The notes beneath the pieces are model-generated. The model did no database searches. It was not told the DNA's origin and was given only the letters and a program-made list of their open reading frames with translations. From assembly GCA_038046785.1 (NCBI GenBank), contig JBBSVM010000006.1:101875-165874 (forward strand): 64,000 bases of DNA. The letters are read 5' to 3'. The stretch is from Thermoplasmatota archaeon (GTDB lineage: Archaea > Thermoplasmatota > E2 > JACPAO01 > JAHFTW01). Each line of letters begins with the position of its first letter. The first letter of the stretch is position 1. The translations under genes and the position numbers were made by a program. This document shows positions 1-9,549 of the stretch, piece after piece.

Positions 1-234
1 TTGGTAGTTGGCAACTAGGACGTTGAGGTCTTGGCCGCGACTCACATCCGCAAGGTAGAGCGCCATGATTTCCCGCTCAGCACCTTGGACCTCTGCCGTT
101 TCCAGGCGGGCTTGGAGTGTTGCCAGGAGGTCCCGTTTGGTCTCCGGCTCGGATTGCGCCATGTGGTTGGCGAGCGCTTCCGCTTGCGATGCTTCCGGTT
201 GTTCACCGGCGATGTCGCCGAGGGCGTCCTTCAT
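1..234 (-). CDS. hypothetical protein, N-terminal part (gene continues past window start)
   Basis: ATG at 234-232 on the minus strand overlaps the stop of the upstream gene (ATGA). It reads MKDALGDIAGEQPEASQAEALANHMAQSEPETKRDLLATLQARLETAEVQGAEREIMALYLADV... to the window edge, with no stop in the window. Confidence 0.4.
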   Translation of the reverse strand, partial: MKDALGDIAGEQPEASQAEALANHMAQSEPETKRDLLATLQARLETAEVQGAEREIMALYLADVSRGQDLNVLVANYQ

Positions 235-950
235 GCGCGGCGCACCTCGAGGAGTCGGCGGCGCACGATGATGAACAGGATGGCGCCGAGGACCAGGAAC
301 GCTTGGAGGTCTTGCGGGATGAAGCGGTAGACGTCACCGCCAATTCCAGAACCGAGTTGGATGCCAGTGTAGAGGCTGAGGACGACGAAGGGGATGACGT
401 TCGTGCTCGATTCGACTTGGGTCTCCAGGCGGGCGGCGATGTTGGGATGGAAGATTTGCGCGGTGTGGCCGACGTTCTGGTTCTCGGCAAGCGCTCGCAC
501 CAGCACCATCGTGTCCACCGTGCTCACTCCGGCGCTGAGCAGTTCGGTCTGGAGTTTCTGGGCGCCGGGAAGGTTGGGACCGGTGCCGCCGCCAGGTTTC
601 GTAGTGGTGGCGAGGGCGGTGGCTTTGTTGAGGAAGGTGCCCCATCCTTCCAGGACCGCTTGGAGGGGGAGTTCTGCGTAGGCGGCGCCGACGCGGGCGA
701 AGTAGCGTAGCGTGATGGGGGACTGGCCGACCGCTTCGCGGGCGTTGGCCCAGCGCCTCGCCATGCGTCGTGGCAAGGGGGCAAGGTCGAGGAGGGCGGT
801 GAAGTCGCGCAGGGTCGTGGGAGACCACTGTCCGTTGTCTTTGACGTAGTTGGGGTGTCCGTCGAGGTCGAAATTGTAGTAGCCGTCGGCGTGCCGGATG
901 GGCACGACGATGACGGCGTTGCCGCGTTGGACGAAAGCGTAGTCGTTCAT
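231..950 (-). CDS. hypothetical protein, 239 aa, C-terminal TM anchor followed by RRR
   Basis: ORF track. C-terminus LVLGAILFIIVRRRLLEVRRA is a hydrophobic helix plus basic tail. It is coupled 3 nt downstream of the previous gene. Confidence 0.55.
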   Translation of the reverse strand: MNDYAFVQRGNAVIVVPIRHADGYYNFDLDGHPNYVKDNGQWSPTTLRDFTALLDLAPLPRRMARRWANAREAVGQSPITLRYFARVGAAYAELPLQAVLEGWGTFLNKATALATTTKPGGGTGPNLPGAQKLQTELLSAGVSTVDTMVLVRALAENQNVGHTAQIFHPNIAARLETQVESSTNVIPFVVLSLYTGIQLGSGIGGDVYRFIPQDLQAFLVLGAILFIIVRRRLLEVRRA

Positions 951-953
951 GGT

Positions 954-1655
954 TCACCAGGGTTTGTTCTTGGATCGGGGTCGTTGTCCGATGAGGTAGG
1001 CGAGAAGTGCGCCGCCGCCAACGAGGCCGTAGGTGACAAGTTTCTGTTGTTGCGTGGCGGGGGGCGTGGCTGAAGTTGAATTGGCGGCCGGTTGCGGCTC
1101 CTCGTGGAAGGCCGCGACCTGATTAGGCGCCTGAAGAAGGACATCTCGCAGGAGTGTGCTTCCGTCCTGGCCACCTTGACTTGCGACGACCTCTCCGAAT
1201 CGTCCCTCGCAGGCGTCTGCCTCGCAGCGCACGGTGAAGCGGCAGGTCTGGATGTAGGGGATGGTGGTGTTGGCGTCGCGGACGCCGCAGACGACGGGGG
1301 CGGGGAGGGTGGCCTCGAAGCAGGAGGGCGGAAGGCAGGTCGGAATTGAGTTGTCTGCCTCGCGCATGGTGATTCCGAGTTGGGTGAACGTGCTCGCTGC
1401 AAAGGCACTCCCGTTGCCGAGTGCGGGGTCGACTTCGCCGAGACCGCCTGCGGTAACGCTCGCATTGTCGGCTTGGCCGGCAACGTCGCCCAAGGCGCCA
1501 CGAGCAAGCAGGGTGACGTTCATCTGGATGGGCAGGTCAATCTCGAGGACGTATCCGGGTCCAATCGGAAGAGTGGCGGGAGGAAATTCGGGCGGTGCCT
1601 GCGCCGTGGCTGCGGCCAACAAGAACAGAGCTGTGATGGGGACGATGCGGTTCAT
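954..1655 (-). CDS. secreted, C-terminally membrane-anchored protein, 234 aa
   Basis: Internal Met150 of ORF 954..2102. Signal peptide MNRIVPITALFLLAAATAQA and C-terminal TM LVGGGALLAYLIGQRPRSK. Its ATG overlaps the stop of the 1209-aa gene (ATGA). Confidence 0.6.
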   Translation of the reverse strand: MNRIVPITALFLLAAATAQAPPEFPPATLPIGPGYVLEIDLPIQMNVTLLARGALGDVAGQADNASVTAGGLGEVDPALGNGSAFAASTFTQLGITMREADNSIPTCLPPSCFEATLPAPVVCGVRDANTTIPYIQTCRFTVRCEADACEGRFGEVVASQGGQDGSTLLRDVLLQAPNQVAAFHEEPQPAANSTSATPPATQQQKLVTYGLVGGGALLAYLIGQRPRSKNKPW

Positions 1656-4600
1656 CGTCGCACCCTCCCAGTCGTGTAGCCGCCTGCGACGATGGCGGCG
1701 ATGAGAAGCCACCAGGGCCAGTTCTGCTTGTTCTCCTCGAACCATTTCCCAGCATCGAAACTCGTGATGCTGGAATTGGTGGAGTTGGTGGCGGGTGGTG
1801 CGCTCGTTGGCCTTTGGACGAGGGTGACGTTGGGCTGAGACGTCCGTAGGAGATTTTGCCAGGGGTCGTTGTCGTCGAGGTCGCCCACGGCGCCAAGCGC
1901 TGTGTCGGCGCGGCGTTGGCAGCCAGTCGTGACGTTCTCTACGAGGGTGCCAACTGTTGTGGCATAGCAGCGGTAGTTGTGGAGGCAGGGTTTGACGACG
2001 GGGATGCCGTCGTGGTCGCGGTCCTCGATGGTGCAGACGGCGGGGGCGATGAGGTCGAGGTAGCCGACACACGATGTCTGGTTCTGAGCCTGTTGGGCGC
2101 AAGTTTGCGCTTGCTCAGTGACGTTGTTGGCTTGCGGCGTCTCGTTGCTGGGGATTGCCTGGGTAGTTTGAAGGGCGAGAGGGACGGGCGGGGATGGTTT
2201 CTTGCCGATGCGGTAGAAGTCGGCGTCTTTGCTGGTGGCTGCGTTCTGATTGTAGGATGCGTCGGCCGTCTGGAGAGACATCCAACTTTGATTAGCAACA
2301 TCATAGACGCTTGCGCCGGTAGCGTAGCGTGCGTAGACGTAGTCGAGCTGAGGCGTGGTTCGGACGACGTAGGTTTGGATGCCGCACCAAGGCAATGAGA
2401 TCGTCTTGGTGGCGGCTCCATCGCGGATGGTCAGAGTACAGGCTGCGTTGCGAGCTTGGATGTGATGCTGTGGGTCCACGATGAAGTAGGGACCGAGGGT
2501 GGAGTCGAGTGTCGGAGCAGCGGCGATTGTGTCGTTCGCGGCCACAAGGGCGTGGAGACCGCTTGCGAGCTGCACGTACGCATTGTGATTGTAGTCGACC
2601 TCCAAGGCCAGGGTTGGACGAGAATCGAGGAAGGGCACGCAGGTGGTGACGTGGCAGCGTTGGATGGCCTGGGCGCGTCTTGTGGGCTGTTGGTCCAGCA
2701 AGACTTCCTCGGGTGTGCTTGGGCGCGTGATGTCGCTTCTGACGTAGATGTGGTCGCCGTCGACCCAGGCAAGCCCTGTTGGGGCTTGGATGCCGGTGGC
2801 GTATGTGCGAATGGCGCCATCTTGGTTGCGGGTTTTGACTTCGCCTTGATTGGAGAGGTAGGCATACTGGCCTTCGAGGCCCTGGTTGACGAAGGTGGCG
2901 GTTTCGTGGTTGACGTTGCTTGTGCGCGCGCCGGCAAGGTTGGCGGTGGATGAGGTCATGACCTCGTAGGTGGGTTCGTCGAGGAAGCGAATGTCCTGAA
3001 AGCCGGAACTGAAGTCAGCTGCCTCCCAGATGCTTCCGTCGAACGTGTAGGCGCGGTTGTTGCGGTACTCGACGGCCACGAACGGGACCTGGATGACCTT
3101 GAACGCAACTTTGCGCTGTGACGTCAGGCCATTGGTGTACGTGGCCTTGTAGACCACCTCATTGACCCGCGGCAACGTGTCCGCTTGAACTTCGCATCGC
3201 AAGGTCGTGGTCGAGCTGGAGCATGCCTGGATTCCGTTGATGCTGGCGTTGAGGCTCCGAAGGGCCAGGTTGGGATGAAGAATGGAGGCATCCAGGGGGA
3301 CGATGGAGTCTTTCAGGAAAGCTTCCATCGGATTGGGTGAACGTAGGGTCCACGTCGGCGCGACATCGGCGATGATGTTTTGCACGACGGACGTTGGCCT
3401 CGGTAAGTGCCCGCGTGTCGTCCACGCCTCCTGTGAGTGTTTTCGTTCGTAGACTGCGTTGTCGATGCCGACCAAGAACTGCCCCTGGACATCGTCCGTG
3501 CAGGAGTGGATCGTCAGCTCGTTGGGCATCCTTGGGATGATTGTGAGGGTGCCGTCGCGGATTCGGATGGTGCTGTCGCGAAGGCCAATGTCGACGCCTT
3601 TTGGTCCAATTTCAAAGCATGGCCCATACAGGGTCGGGATGCTTGCTCGTGCGTCGAGTTGAAGGGTCGGCCACGGTCCTACGCGGGTTAGCGTGCCGTT
3701 GTGCTCAATCCGGTACAGTCCGAGCAGGCCGTTGTTGTCGGCGGGAGCGTATGCGGAGTCCGAAGCGTAATCTACGTAGACTCCGGCGAGGGCTTTTCCA
3801 AGCCCGGGTCCTTCCCGGATGGCTCCGAAATCCCAGATGGATGAGCTGCCTTGCCTGCACACCAATGCGTGCGTGCCCCAGAACTTGGTGGGTGAGAACT
3901 CGGTTGCATTGGACCACGTGGTTGCGGGACAAAGTGATCGGAAGGGGTTCGTGTGGACGAATGGCTGGCGTTCACCTTCGAGGTTGACGACTTGGTCTTG
4001 GTGGGATGCCTGTCCGCGAAACACGTACCGGGTGGGGTCCATCCAGTAGTAGCCGGTGGCGGTGCTTGGGTGGGGGATCCATTCGAACCCGGTCCAGAAT
4101 CCCTTGGCGGCAATGGCTTGTTTCCCATTCGTTTTGATGGAATCGTTGGGAAGGTCTTCGTGGTAGTTGGGGCTTCGGATGCGGGAGTCCTGCTGGACGT
4201 ACCCGCCGATTCCCGAGCGGGTTGCATACGTGGTCAAGGTTGTGGGGGTGGGTCCCGGTGAAAGTTTGAGGTCGCCGGCTGCGAGGCCGAGGAATACGGC
4301 GTCGCTTGAGAGCGGCGTGACGATTCCGGCGGGCGTGATTCGGAAGAAGATTCCGTTGAGTTCGGGGGTTCCGCCGAGGAAGCTCAGCACGAGGCCGTCT
4401 TGATCCTGGAGGGCGCCGGCGAAGATGGGGTGCGTCGCGGGTGCTGTGATTGTTGCGAGGCGCTCTGATGCGCTCCAGATTTCGAGGTTGCCGGGCGTGC
4501 TTGTTGGGGCGTAGAGGAAAGAACGAGTTAGGGGAAACAAGCCAAAGGGCTCGACAGGTGGGTACGTCGTCGTTGTGAGGGTTTCAATGTCGAGGACGCC

Positions 4601-5281
4601 CCTTCCTGTTTGATGGTGGTAGAGTGCGACGTGTCGTCCTGCATGCGGTCCCGTGAGGGGGAAACTCTGCTGGAAACCGCCGTTGATGTTGCCGCTCAAG
4701 CTTGTTGCGCGAAGCTGGCCCTCGCCCATGAGGAACATTGTGCGCGCGGGTGCAGTACCTTGGAGAAGCGCATGGCCATCCCCGACGTACCAGGGGGCAA
4801 AATTGCGCGTTGCCGTCTGGAACAAGGTGCTGTTGGTCTTGTTCCAGATGCATGCCGCGTATTCGGGGCTCGGGATATTGTCGACGCTTCCTCCGACGTA
4901 GATGTAGTCACGGTCTTCAACGATTCCAGGCAAGTTCTGGAAACTCCATTTCTTGAATGCGGGGAAATCAGAGTAGCATGTGCGGGTCCTTGCCAAGCCG
5001 TTCTCAATTGTGTAAATGTGGAGATTTCTTCCGTCGGCAAAATGGGCCTGCACCTGGACTTCACTGGTCGCGTTGAGTGTAGCGGAGCCTACACCTTGTC
5101 CAAGCAGCGGGACGCCGAGGTATGGGGCGTGGCCGGCAACCTCCCCTTGCGCCTCGCTTTGGCGGTCTAGGAATTGAAGGTAATCCGGGGCAGGCTCTAC
5201 GATAGCGTAATTGGGCGCTGTTGACAGTCCGCCAGCGATTGGCAGGAGAAGGATTGCAAGGGCAAGATAGATTCGTGGCAT
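1652..5281 (-). CDS. giant secreted cell-surface protein, 1209 aa, C-terminal TM anchor
   Basis: ORF track. N-terminal signal peptide MPRIYLALAILLLPIAGG and C-terminal WWLLIAAIVAGGYTTGRVRR. The long Gly/Thr-rich extracellular region has no recognisable catalytic motif. Confidence 0.7.
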   Translation of the reverse strand: MPRIYLALAILLLPIAGGLSTAPNYAIVEPAPDYLQFLDRQSEAQGEVAGHAPYLGVPLLGQGVGSATLNATSEVQVQAHFADGRNLHIYTIENGLARTRTCYSDFPAFKKWSFQNLPGIVEDRDYIYVGGSVDNIPSPEYAACIWNKTNSTLFQTATRNFAPWYVGDGHALLQGTAPARTMFLMGEGQLRATSLSGNINGGFQQSFPLTGPHAGRHVALYHHQTGRGVLDIETLTTTTYPPVEPFGLFPLTRSFLYAPTSTPGNLEIWSASERLATITAPATHPIFAGALQDQDGLVLSFLGGTPELNGIFFRITPAGIVTPLSSDAVFLGLAAGDLKLSPGPTPTTLTTYATRSGIGGYVQQDSRIRSPNYHEDLPNDSIKTNGKQAIAAKGFWTGFEWIPHPSTATGYYWMDPTRYVFRGQASHQDQVVNLEGERQPFVHTNPFRSLCPATTWSNATEFSPTKFWGTHALVCRQGSSSIWDFGAIREGPGLGKALAGVYVDYASDSAYAPADNNGLLGLYRIEHNGTLTRVGPWPTLQLDARASIPTLYGPCFEIGPKGVDIGLRDSTIRIRDGTLTIIPRMPNELTIHSCTDDVQGQFLVGIDNAVYERKHSQEAWTTRGHLPRPTSVVQNIIADVAPTWTLRSPNPMEAFLKDSIVPLDASILHPNLALRSLNASINGIQACSSSTTTLRCEVQADTLPRVNEVVYKATYTNGLTSQRKVAFKVIQVPFVAVEYRNNRAYTFDGSIWEAADFSSGFQDIRFLDEPTYEVMTSSTANLAGARTSNVNHETATFVNQGLEGQYAYLSNQGEVKTRNQDGAIRTYATGIQAPTGLAWVDGDHIYVRSDITRPSTPEEVLLDQQPTRRAQAIQRCHVTTCVPFLDSRPTLALEVDYNHNAYVQLASGLHALVAANDTIAAAPTLDSTLGPYFIVDPQHHIQARNAACTLTIRDGAATKTISLPWCGIQTYVVRTTPQLDYVYARYATGASVYDVANQSWMSLQTADASYNQNAATSKDADFYRIGKKPSPPVPLALQTTQAIPSNETPQANNVTEQAQTCAQQAQNQTSCVGYLDLIAPAVCTIEDRDHDGIPVVKPCLHNYRCYATTVGTLVENVTTGCQRRADTALGAVGDLDDNDPWQNLLRTSQPNVTLVQRPTSAPPATNSTNSSITSFDAGKWFEENKQNWPWWLLIAAIVAGGYTTGRVRR

Positions 5282-5380
5282 TGACGCTCCTTTGTTGAGG
5301 TTGGAGTTGGTTGGCCTCCGCAGCGTTGCCGCTACGGGTGGTCGTAAGGGTTGGAAGAGGGGTGGAGGGGTTGAGGGGGT

Positions 5381-5590
5381 TCAGCGGCGTGGTTTGCCAA
5401 CACCGCGCGCGTAGGTCCACCATGCGGCCCAGGTTGCGCTGCCGGCGCCGAAACTGGCGAGCAGGAGCACGACGAGGGGGAGGAACAGGTTCCGCATCGC
5501 CATGCCTGCCGCGAGCGCGACGAGGAGGGCGAGGACGAAGCCGTTGAGCTGCTTGCGCGGCTCGATGCGGACGTCGAGGTTGCGGGCCAT
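5381..5590 (-). CDS. small two-TM membrane protein, 69 aa
   Basis: Internal Met of ORF 5381..5848, MARNLDV... with two hydrophobic helices. It sits 4 nt downstream of the previous gene. Confidence 0.4.
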   Translation of the reverse strand: MARNLDVRIEPRKQLNGFVLALLVALAAGMAMRNLFLPLVVLLLASFGAGSATWAAWWTYARGVGKPRR

Positions 5591-5594
5591 GCTC

Positions 5595-6110
5595 TCACAA
5601 GTTGATGGTGGTGGTTCCGAGTTCGGCGTCGATGATGCGGATCGCATCACCCGCGTCGTGGGCGAGGTAGTCCACTTGGACGAGTCCTGCTTGACCGCGC
5701 TGCAGCTCCTTCGTGAAGGCGACGAGGCCGTCGGGCAGGATGACTTGCAGTTTGACGCCGGTGACGCCGTAGCTGGTGAAGCTTGCCTGGTAGCCGGTGG
5801 CTTGCGGGTTGACGAAGCTGGGGCCGATGTGGGTGTAGGCGTCGCCATCGAAGCTGAGGAAGGCGCGCTTGTAGCTGCCCGTCGGAGCTTGCGTTCGTGT
5901 CAGGTCGGTGACGCAGCCGACGGGGTCTTTCTGGGCGCGTTTGAGGAGCCCGTCGAGGAATCCGGTCGAGCAGGGCACCTCGTCGGGCTGCCCGTTGGGG
6001 GGAGTCGCGGTGTCGTCGTCCTTGTCGGTGGCTTTGACGCCGGCGTAGGTGGCTCCGCCCGCGCCGAGGATGGCGAGGGCGACGAGGAGCGCGGTGGCTT
6101 TGCTGTCCAT
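5595..6110 (-). CDS. secreted protein, 171 aa
   Basis: Internal Met96 of ORF 5595..6395. Signal peptide MDSKATALLVALAILGAGGATYA. Its ATG overlaps the stop of the upstream lipoprotein gene. Confidence 0.55.
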   Translation of the reverse strand: MDSKATALLVALAILGAGGATYAGVKATDKDDDTATPPNGQPDEVPCSTGFLDGLLKRAQKDPVGCVTDLTRTQAPTGSYKRAFLSFDGDAYTHIGPSFVNPQATGYQASFTSYGVTGVKLQVILPDGLVAFTKELQRGQAGLVQVDYLAHDAGDAIRIIDAELGTTTINL

Positions 6111-6658
6111 CAGAACCACCCTTGCTTGGTGAGCTTGAATTCGCTGGTGCTGTGGCCGGGGTCGGGTTTGGGGCTGTAGGGCAGCCACCACGGGTTGTTG
6201 TCGTTCTGGTTCTCGAATTGGAAGTCGAGGAGGTAGGCGCCGAAGCCGCTCGCGGTGCTCCACTTGAAGGTCGCCTTGAACGTGCTCGTCTCGTCCTTCT
6301 CGACGCCCACGTTGATGCTCATGGGAGCCGAGTTGCCGTGGTTGCCGGGGTAGTACACGGTGGTGGTGATGGTGCCACGTCGGTTCCAGAACCAACTCGT
6401 TGCTTGGTCGGGATCCTCATACTTGGCCTCGCTCTCGTCGAGTTTGCCATCCTCCAACTTGCCGGAGTCACAATCGACGAGGCTGGCGTGGAAGCCCTCC
6501 GTGCCGTCCAGCTTGAAGTTGCAGATGACGGTGAGGTGCTTCGCCTTGAGCTGCTCGACGGTAAGGCCGGTCTCAGCACCTTTGGGTTTGACGCTGGGTC
6601 CGGCGCAGCCTGCGAAGAGCAGGGTGGCCACGAGGGCGATGGCGAGGAGGGGTTTCAT
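6110..6658 (-). CDS. lipoprotein, 182 aa
   Basis: ORF track. MKPLLAIALVATLLFAGCAG is a lipobox-like signal. It overlaps its neighbours at both ends. Confidence 0.6.
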   Translation of the reverse strand: MKPLLAIALVATLLFAGCAGPSVKPKGAETGLTVEQLKAKHLTVICNFKLDGTEGFHASLVDCDSGKLEDGKLDESEAKYEDPDQATSWFWNRRGTITTTVYYPGNHGNSAPMSINVGVEKDETSTFKATFKWSTASGFGAYLLDFQFENQNDNNPWWLPYSPKPDPGHSTSEFKLTKQGWF

Positions 6659-8901
6659 GGGGCACCTCGGCGGCGGGGTTGGCTGCGCCGTTGCGCCCGG
6701 TCGAGCCGCCCCTGCGTCCGCTTGGCCTGCCGTGTCGGGTCCTTGCGCTTGTCTTGCACGCGCTGGATGACGAGGTAGGCGACGAGGGCGAGCGTGAGAA
6801 GGCCGACGATGCTCTCGGCTTTGTTGTTGTTGAACCAGTCGAGGGCGTTGTTGCCGGTGCCCGACTCCATCGTGTATTCTTGGCCCGCTTTGCCACCGGG
6901 GGCGGGGGCTTGTCCCGTGCCGGTGGCCGGTTGGTAGCCCTGCTTGGTGAGCGTCACGGTGTATTGGCTCAATGCGCTGATGGGCAGCGTCGCGTAGCCG
7001 TTCGTGTTGGTCGTGGAGGTCGAGCTGGTCTTGCTGATGCCAAACAGGTCCGAGGAATCCACTTGGACGGCGACCTCCTTGAGTCCTTGGCTGAGATAGC
7101 CAGTGCTTGAGCCGCCGACGGCGCGGATGGTGAGTTGGCTCATGGCGCCGATGGGGGCTTGCTGCAGCACGCTGAGAGGGACCGTTGCGATGGCGGTGCC
7201 GACGGCGTTGGTGAGCGCCGCGACGACGCCCTGGCTGGCGCCCATTGGGATGATGGTGGCGGCGTTGGGCATGGCGGGGGCCTGCATGCCTTCGTAGATG
7301 CCGTCGAGCACGTTCAGGTCATGGTCGGGGAGGCAGCTGCCTTTGCATCCGACATCCTTGAGGGCGCTCGGGTTGGGTCCGTCGATGCCGGGGATGGCGC
7401 CGATGCCTTCGCTGGGCAGTTTCCATTTCCCGAAGCTTGGCAGGGTGGGGCCGAAACCGACGACGCCACCGAGTTTGGTTCCGTCGTGTGGAATGGGCGG
7501 GAGGTCCTTGAGGAGGCCGGTATCGGTCCCTTTGAGGACACCGTTGAAGCTGCCAAGCGGGCTTGTCGTTCCGAGGAGATTCTTGAACTTGCCCGCGTCG
7601 CCGAGGTTGCGCACGACGCTTGCCATCTTGGGGGTGACTTCGAGGGCGCCGGGTGTGAAGCACATGGCGTTCTTGGTTGCGGCGTTGAGGTTGTTCTTGC
7701 AGACGGCCGGTGTCGGCACGATGCTGGTGTCGATGCCGGTCTTGGCAAGCTCGTCGAACTTGGCGAGGTTTTCGCGGTAGTTCCCGAGCGTGGAGTCGAA
7801 GCGGATGCCGCCGGCCACTTGACGCGTTGCATCGAGTTGGGAGAGGTAGCTGAAGTGCGTGGGGTTGGTGCTGCTTGCGCTTTTGAGGGCGGTGATGAGG
7901 TTGTTGTCGGCCACCATGCTCACCGGGTCCGAGAGGAGGACGATCTTGCCGAAGCCGCCATCCACGAGGATGAGCTGCTTGTTGGCGGTGTCGAGGATGG
8001 TCTTCGGGTCCGGGTTGGGCAGCGTCACGGTGCGGGTTGCGTAGCCGAGCGTTGCCATGTTGGCTCCGAGGGCGGTTGTGTCGAGGGAGCCGATAGCTTT
8101 CGTCGCCGTGCTGAGGGCGCCAAGCAGGTGGTTGAGGTCCAAATCGGTGAGCGTCTTGGCGTCCAGCATGGACTTGATGCCGGAGGCGGTGGTCGCGAGC
8201 GTGTCGGTGGTGGGGACCTGTGTGGTGGCGCTGGTGAGTGTTCCGAGGACGAGGTTGTCGTCCGGATCAATCGCCATGAGTTTCGTGACGGGTGCCAGCG
8301 CGTCGGTGACGCAGAATCGTTCGGCCGCGATGCTGGTGGTGGGCGGCTTCTGGATGCTGGCGGGGTTCTGGAAGAGCTTGCCCGCCTCGGGGGCAACCTC
8401 AAGCGTGGATTGGACGGCGCCCCAGACGTTGAGGGTGGCGGTGACGACGTCGCGCGGGTTGAAGCTCGTTGCCGGGTCGAGGCTCGGCTGGGTTCCGGCG
8501 CGCTGGATGGTCATCGTGACGGGGGTCAGGAAGACGGTGAAATCGTAGAGTCCGTCCGTTCCGCCAGCGGTTGCGTCGAGGGGTGGCAGGTTGAGGCTGC
8601 GCACCGTACCGGGTCCGACGATGGTTGCGTTCAATTTGCCGGCACTTCCCATGGCGATGAGGAGCGGGTTCTTGGCGAAGTTGACGACCATGCTCTGGGC
8701 GGGGGCGAGGCCGCTGACTGCCATTTTGAGGACGCAGCCGAGTTCGGCGTCGGCGAGTGTAGGGTTTGGCGGGACGACGGCGGGTGGGTCGGGCTCGAAC
8801 CCGGCCCAACCCGAGCCGGGGTTGGCGATGTCTTTCGGGGCTGGACCGGCCGCCACGAGGGGGGCCAGCAGCAGTAGGGCGAGTGCGATGTGTGTTTTCA
8901 T
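6655..8901 (-). CDS. large secreted spike/surface protein, 749 aa, C-terminal TM anchor plus basic tail
   Basis: Internal Met138 of ORF 6655..9312. Signal peptide MKTHIALALLLLAPLVAAG. C-terminal segment GYATLPISALSQYTVTLTKQGYQP resembles a carboxypeptidase-regulatory-like beta-sandwich, followed by TM IVGLLTLALVAYLVI and an Arg/Lys tail. Its ATG overlaps the upstream stop. Confidence 0.65.
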   Translation of the reverse strand: MKTHIALALLLLAPLVAAGPAPKDIANPGSGWAGFEPDPPAVVPPNPTLADAELGCVLKMAVSGLAPAQSMVVNFAKNPLLIAMGSAGKLNATIVGPGTVRSLNLPPLDATAGGTDGLYDFTVFLTPVTMTIQRAGTQPSLDPATSFNPRDVVTATLNVWGAVQSTLEVAPEAGKLFQNPASIQKPPTTSIAAERFCVTDALAPVTKLMAIDPDDNLVLGTLTSATTQVPTTDTLATTASGIKSMLDAKTLTDLDLNHLLGALSTATKAIGSLDTTALGANMATLGYATRTVTLPNPDPKTILDTANKQLILVDGGFGKIVLLSDPVSMVADNNLITALKSASSTNPTHFSYLSQLDATRQVAGGIRFDSTLGNYRENLAKFDELAKTGIDTSIVPTPAVCKNNLNAATKNAMCFTPGALEVTPKMASVVRNLGDAGKFKNLLGTTSPLGSFNGVLKGTDTGLLKDLPPIPHDGTKLGGVVGFGPTLPSFGKWKLPSEGIGAIPGIDGPNPSALKDVGCKGSCLPDHDLNVLDGIYEGMQAPAMPNAATIIPMGASQGVVAALTNAVGTAIATVPLSVLQQAPIGAMSQLTIRAVGGSSTGYLSQGLKEVAVQVDSSDLFGISKTSSTSTTNTNGYATLPISALSQYTVTLTKQGYQPATGTGQAPAPGGKAGQEYTMESGTGNNALDWFNNNKAESIVGLLTLALVAYLVIQRVQDKRKDPTRQAKRTQGRLDRAQRRSQPRRRGAP

Positions 8902-9128
8902 GTGGGTTCTCCGGGGTTGGGTCGCACGGGGCGGCCCAGCAGAATGGCAAGGGTGGCAGCCGAGGTGGCGGCGAGGATGGCGGGGAGCCATTGCCGGGTG
9001 ACGGCGAGGTAGAGGGAGAGGACGGCGAGGGCGTAGAGGAGGATGTAGTCGGCGAGTCCCTTGACGCGGCGGGCTCGCCGGTTGCGTCGGCGTTCTTCGT
9101 GGAGGATGCCGTAGAGGTGCAAGCTCAT
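8898..9128 (-). CDS. small membrane protein, 76 aa
   Basis: Internal Met of ORF 8898..9488, MSLHLYGILHEERRRNRRARRVKGLADYILLYALAVLSLYLAV... It has ATGA overlaps on both sides. Confidence 0.4.
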   Translation of the reverse strand: MSLHLYGILHEERRRNRRARRVKGLADYILLYALAVLSLYLAVTRQWLPAILAATSAATLAILLGRPVRPNPGEPT

Positions 9129-9433
9129 CGTTTCCTCCGGACGAGTTTGGTGGCGCCAATGGCGGAGCGGGCGGGCAGGGTTCCGGCCTTGACTGCGATG
9201 CCGATGAGTTGGGCGCCGAACTGGATGGCAAGGAAGGCGATGACGGCGAGGGGGAGGGCAAGGAAGCCGAAGAGCCAGCTGCGCCGGAAACTGATGTACA
9301 CCACTGCGCCAAGGGCGAGGGCGAGCAGGGTTTTGTGCGGCAGGCTGACCTTCACAGGTTGGCCTCCCAGTTGAGTTCGCCATCGAGTTGGGGAACATGG
9401 ACGGGGTCGAGGATAGTGTAGAGGTGGGTCCAA
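9125..9433 (-). CDS. small membrane protein (about 77-102 aa; start uncertain, possibly GTG near 9355)
   Basis: ORF track. Two TM helices, LLALALGAVVYISF and FLALPLAVIAFLAIQFGAQLIGIAV. Confidence 0.35.
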   Translation of the reverse strand: MDPPLHYPRPRPCSPTRWRTQLGGQPVKVSLPHKTLLALALGAVVYISFRRSWLFGFLALPLAVIAFLAIQFGAQLIGIAVKAGTLPARSAIGATKLVRRKR

Positions 9434-9549
9434 TCGCCAGCAGCGCGGGTGCTTGGCGGGAGCTTGTGGGTTGCGCAGGGTTCCTCATTCTGGCAGCGCC
9501 ACCAGCCTGAACCGGTTGCGCAGTGTCGGAGGTAAATGCATTGGGTCAT
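9352..9549 (-). CDS. Cys-rich mini-protein, 65 aa (four Cys, possible zinc ribbon)
   Basis: ORF track. MTQCIYLRHCATGSGWWRCQNEEPCATHK. Its start abuts the stop of the upstream 288-aa gene. Confidence 0.4.
   Translation of the reverse strand: MTQCIYLRHCATGSGWWRCQNEEPCATHKLPPSTRAAGDWTHLYTILDPVHVPQLDGELNWEANL

Noticed and set aside
954-2102. N-terminal 149 codons of ORF 954..2102 (also the N-terminal extensions of ORFs 6655..9312, 10989..11960 and 19426..20541)
   Set aside because: They are Arg-rich read-through overlapping the upstream gene. The true starts are placed at internal Met codons just before signal peptides, coinciding with ATGA overlaps.
7135-8877. 580-aa plus-strand ORF, with similar long plus-strand ORFs at 5502..6179, 9523..10461 and 11112..11690
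   Set aside because: It lies antisense to well-supported minus-strand genes. The translations are Gly/Ala/Asp/Val-rich with no motifs, which is the typical antisense artefact of high-GC DNA.
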